Below, one piece after another: positions 62,114 through 64,000 of a DNA stretch of 64,000 bases. A model generated the notes under the pieces. It searched no databases and had not been told where the DNA came from. It saw only the letters and a program-made list of their open reading frames with translations. The translations under genes were made by a program, and so were the position numbers. This DNA is from an uncultured delta proteobacterium (GTDB lineage: Bacteria > Desulfobacterota > Desulfomonilia > Desulfomonilales > Desulfomonilaceae): NCBI GenBank assembly GCA_963789265.1, contig CAWBKB010000004.1:64001-128000 (forward strand), written 5' to 3'. Numbering within the stretch: position 1 is the stretch's first letter; each line of letters begins with the position of its first letter.

Positions 62114-63791
62114 ACGCTGCCATTCACGGATCAAATCTTCCTGGGCGACTCTGGCGGTGTTAGCCGCCGTCACAATCATCTACACTGCTTCGATTATAGC
62201 TGCCAACGGATTTACAATTGACGATGCCTATATCTCGGCCAGATACGCAAAGAACCTTGCCGTTAGCGGTCAATTGACGTGGAACTTGGGGGAATCTCCG
62301 AAGACGGAAGGATACACATCGCCGCTTTGGGTTGTCGCATCATCATTGATGTTCTTCGTGACTAACCGCTCTTCATTTCGACTGATGCAGCTCATGAGCA
62401 TTGTTTTCGGAGCTTTGACGCTATTGATGCTGTTTGCGCTGGCACGCAGGCTACATTTTTCGGGAAGCACGGCTGCATTGCCTCCTTTGTTTCTGGCCCT
62501 GAGTTCCCCGTTTGTTTTATGGAGTGCCTCCGGAATGGAGAATGCTCTTTACACGTTTCTGATTCTCCTGGGACTGTACCTGGTAATTGATGAAGAAGAT
62601 AAGGGATTAAGGTATGAAACTCCGTTGGTCTTATTTCTTGTCTTCCTGGCTCGGACGGAAGGCCTGGTGTTCTATGGCGCAGTGGTCATTGTCAGAAGTA
62701 TCAAATTCGTACTAAACATTGATGGCGCACGCGGCCAAATAAAGAAGCTTCTCACCTGGAATGCAATATTTCTATCCTGCTTTCTGGCGTACCTACTTTG
62801 GAAAATTTACTATTACGGAGCAGTTCTGCCTTTGCCCGTGTATGTCAAAAGGCCGGCCGGACTTGTGGGCTTGGCGTACGTCGGGAGCTTCTTAATTTAT
62901 GTTGCACCGTTTCTGTTATTAGCATTGCTTGGCTTGAGAAATGCCCGGAACATAAAGAAGCTGTATTTGTGGGCCGCGCTTGGTTCCTATCTCCTGGCAA
63001 TCTCCTTTTCAAATCCAATGATGGGATATGACTATAGGCTTCTGGTCGCGGCCTTCCCCCTTGTGTATTTGCTTGCCGCATGGGAGCTGGATCTGCTATT
63101 CAACAGCGAGTTCACAAATAAGGTGAATGCATTGCTATACATTGTGATTGTATGCTTTCTTTCGATTACGATTACAAAGTACCCGGTAGACTATGCGGAT
63201 TCATTGCGTGACAAAGCCTCGGCAAGCGCTCAAGTTCTCGGGCAAGTACACATTCCGCTGGGCAAATGGCTCCACCAACAGCAGGTAAAGGCCGGTATGA
63301 AGAGGGTTGCCCTTGCAGATGCGGGTGCCATTTCGTTCTATTTCGGCGGCGAGACCATAGACCTTTATGGCTTAAACGACAGAGAGATAGCGCACAAAGG
63401 ATTTTCCGTCCGGCGAGTTCTCGACAGAAAACCGGATTACGTGATTCTCAACAGCAGGAGCGATACGAAGTTTCAGGGCAACAACACACCCTGCGGGGAG
63501 ATGTCCGAGGAAATATTCGCGTCAGACCTGTTCAGAAAGCACTATTCGTTCGTGAAGCAGTTCGTGAGCTACAAGCCATTTTACTCATTATGGGTATATG
63601 AGCGGAAATTCAAAGGCTCTTCGCGTAAGTGCGTGCCTGGCATTTTTCATTCGCGTGTGCCTGTGAAAGTCCCTGGAATATGCCAGCATACCAACACGGT
63701 ATTTACCGCCCATCGCGGTTCCAGCACAAAACTGATAGGTCTTAACTATGCCTTCGTATCACCTGGATGTGGTTGCCCCCAGGTTTCGTAG
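62103..63791 (+). CDS. GT-C-type membrane glycosyltransferase (arabinofuranosyltransferase-like)
   Basis: DDAYISARYAKN, EGYTSPLW, SGME, RTEG, DAGAI, IDLYGLND; many TM helices. Confidence 0.75.
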   Translation: MHFERCHSRIKSSWATLAVLAAVTIIYTASIIAANGFTIDDAYISARYAKNLAVSGQLTWNLGESPKTEGYTSPLWVVASSLMFFVTNRSSFRLMQLMSIVFGALTLLMLFALARRLHFSGSTAALPPLFLALSSPFVLWSASGMENALYTFLILLGLYLVIDEEDKGLRYETPLVLFLVFLARTEGLVFYGAVVIVRSIKFVLNIDGARGQIKKLLTWNAIFLSCFLAYLLWKIYYYGAVLPLPVYVKRPAGLVGLAYVGSFLIYVAPFLLLALLGLRNARNIKKLYLWAALGSYLLAISFSNPMMGYDYRLLVAAFPLVYLLAAWELDLLFNSEFTNKVNALLYIVIVCFLSITITKYPVDYADSLRDKASASAQVLGQVHIPLGKWLHQQQVKAGMKRVALADAGAISFYFGGETIDLYGLNDREIAHKGFSVRRVLDRKPDYVILNSRSDTKFQGNNTPCGEMSEEIFASDLFRKHYSFVKQFVSYKPFYSLWVYERKFKGSSRKCVPGIFHSRVPVKVPGICQHTNTVFTAHRGSSTKLIGLNYAFVSPGCGCPQVS

Positions 63792-63844
63792 CTGCTTCTT
63801 GGCGTATTCATTGCCTTGTTCGGCAGCCTTTCTGAAAAGCAAAA

Positions 63845-63866
63845 GGGTCAAGTCTGCTCTTGACTC
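63845..63866. repeat. Short hairpin upstream of the RAYT gene
   Basis: gggtcaag-tctgct-cttgactc. Confidence 0.5.
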
Positions 63867-63894
63867 ATACCGGACGTGGTGGTATGGCTGGTCC

Positions 63895-64000
63895 ATGTCG
63901 CGGCCGTTACGAATTCAATATCCGGACGCCTGGTACCATGTGATGAACAGGGGCAGACGCGATGAAGTGATTTTCCCCGGACCGGAGGATTATCAGCGAT
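63895..64000 (+). CDS. REP-associated tyrosine transposase (Y1/HUH), 5-prime partial
   Basis: MSRPLRIQYPDAWYHVMNRGRRDEVIF...EDY is the characteristic N-terminus; truncated by the window end. Confidence 0.82.
   Translation, partial: MSRPLRIQYPDAWYHVMNRGRRDEVIFPGPEDYQR

Overview
A 64-kb chromosomal segment from an anaerobic Desulfobacterota-type bacterium; gene content and one lineage-typical small protein suggest a Desulfomonile relative (inference). Housekeeping and metabolic genes include Hsp20-DnaJ-DUF1844, a TPR protein, rpe, a radical SAM enzyme, mpl, xdhC, ppdK, cobO, two branched-chain-amino-acid-type ABC operons with a sigma-54-controlled 3-hydroxybutyrate dehydrogenase, tatC, kup and a GH13 amylase. 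Several long genes are split by single-base insertions that look like sequencing errors; only the TauE/SafE gene is a convincing true pseudogene. Accessory highlights: (1) a DUF202/YidH-type membrane protein whose RTxLAxx motif is amplified to about 42 heptads; (2) six or more small non-autonomous elements bounded by IS-like inverted repeats, two with 11-bp target duplications, each carrying a different REP-like hairpin cargo, plus an IS1182 copy inserted in the loop of one such hairpin and a REP-associated tyrosine transposase starting at the window end; (3) a rhodanese-like selenoprotein (CxU plus SECIS) that the ORF track truncates; (4) three tandem ankyrin-repeat genes, two with N-terminal zinc ribbons; (5) several small secreted or membrane proteins, some below the ORF-track cutoff. 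No rRNA, tRNA or CRISPR array was recognised.
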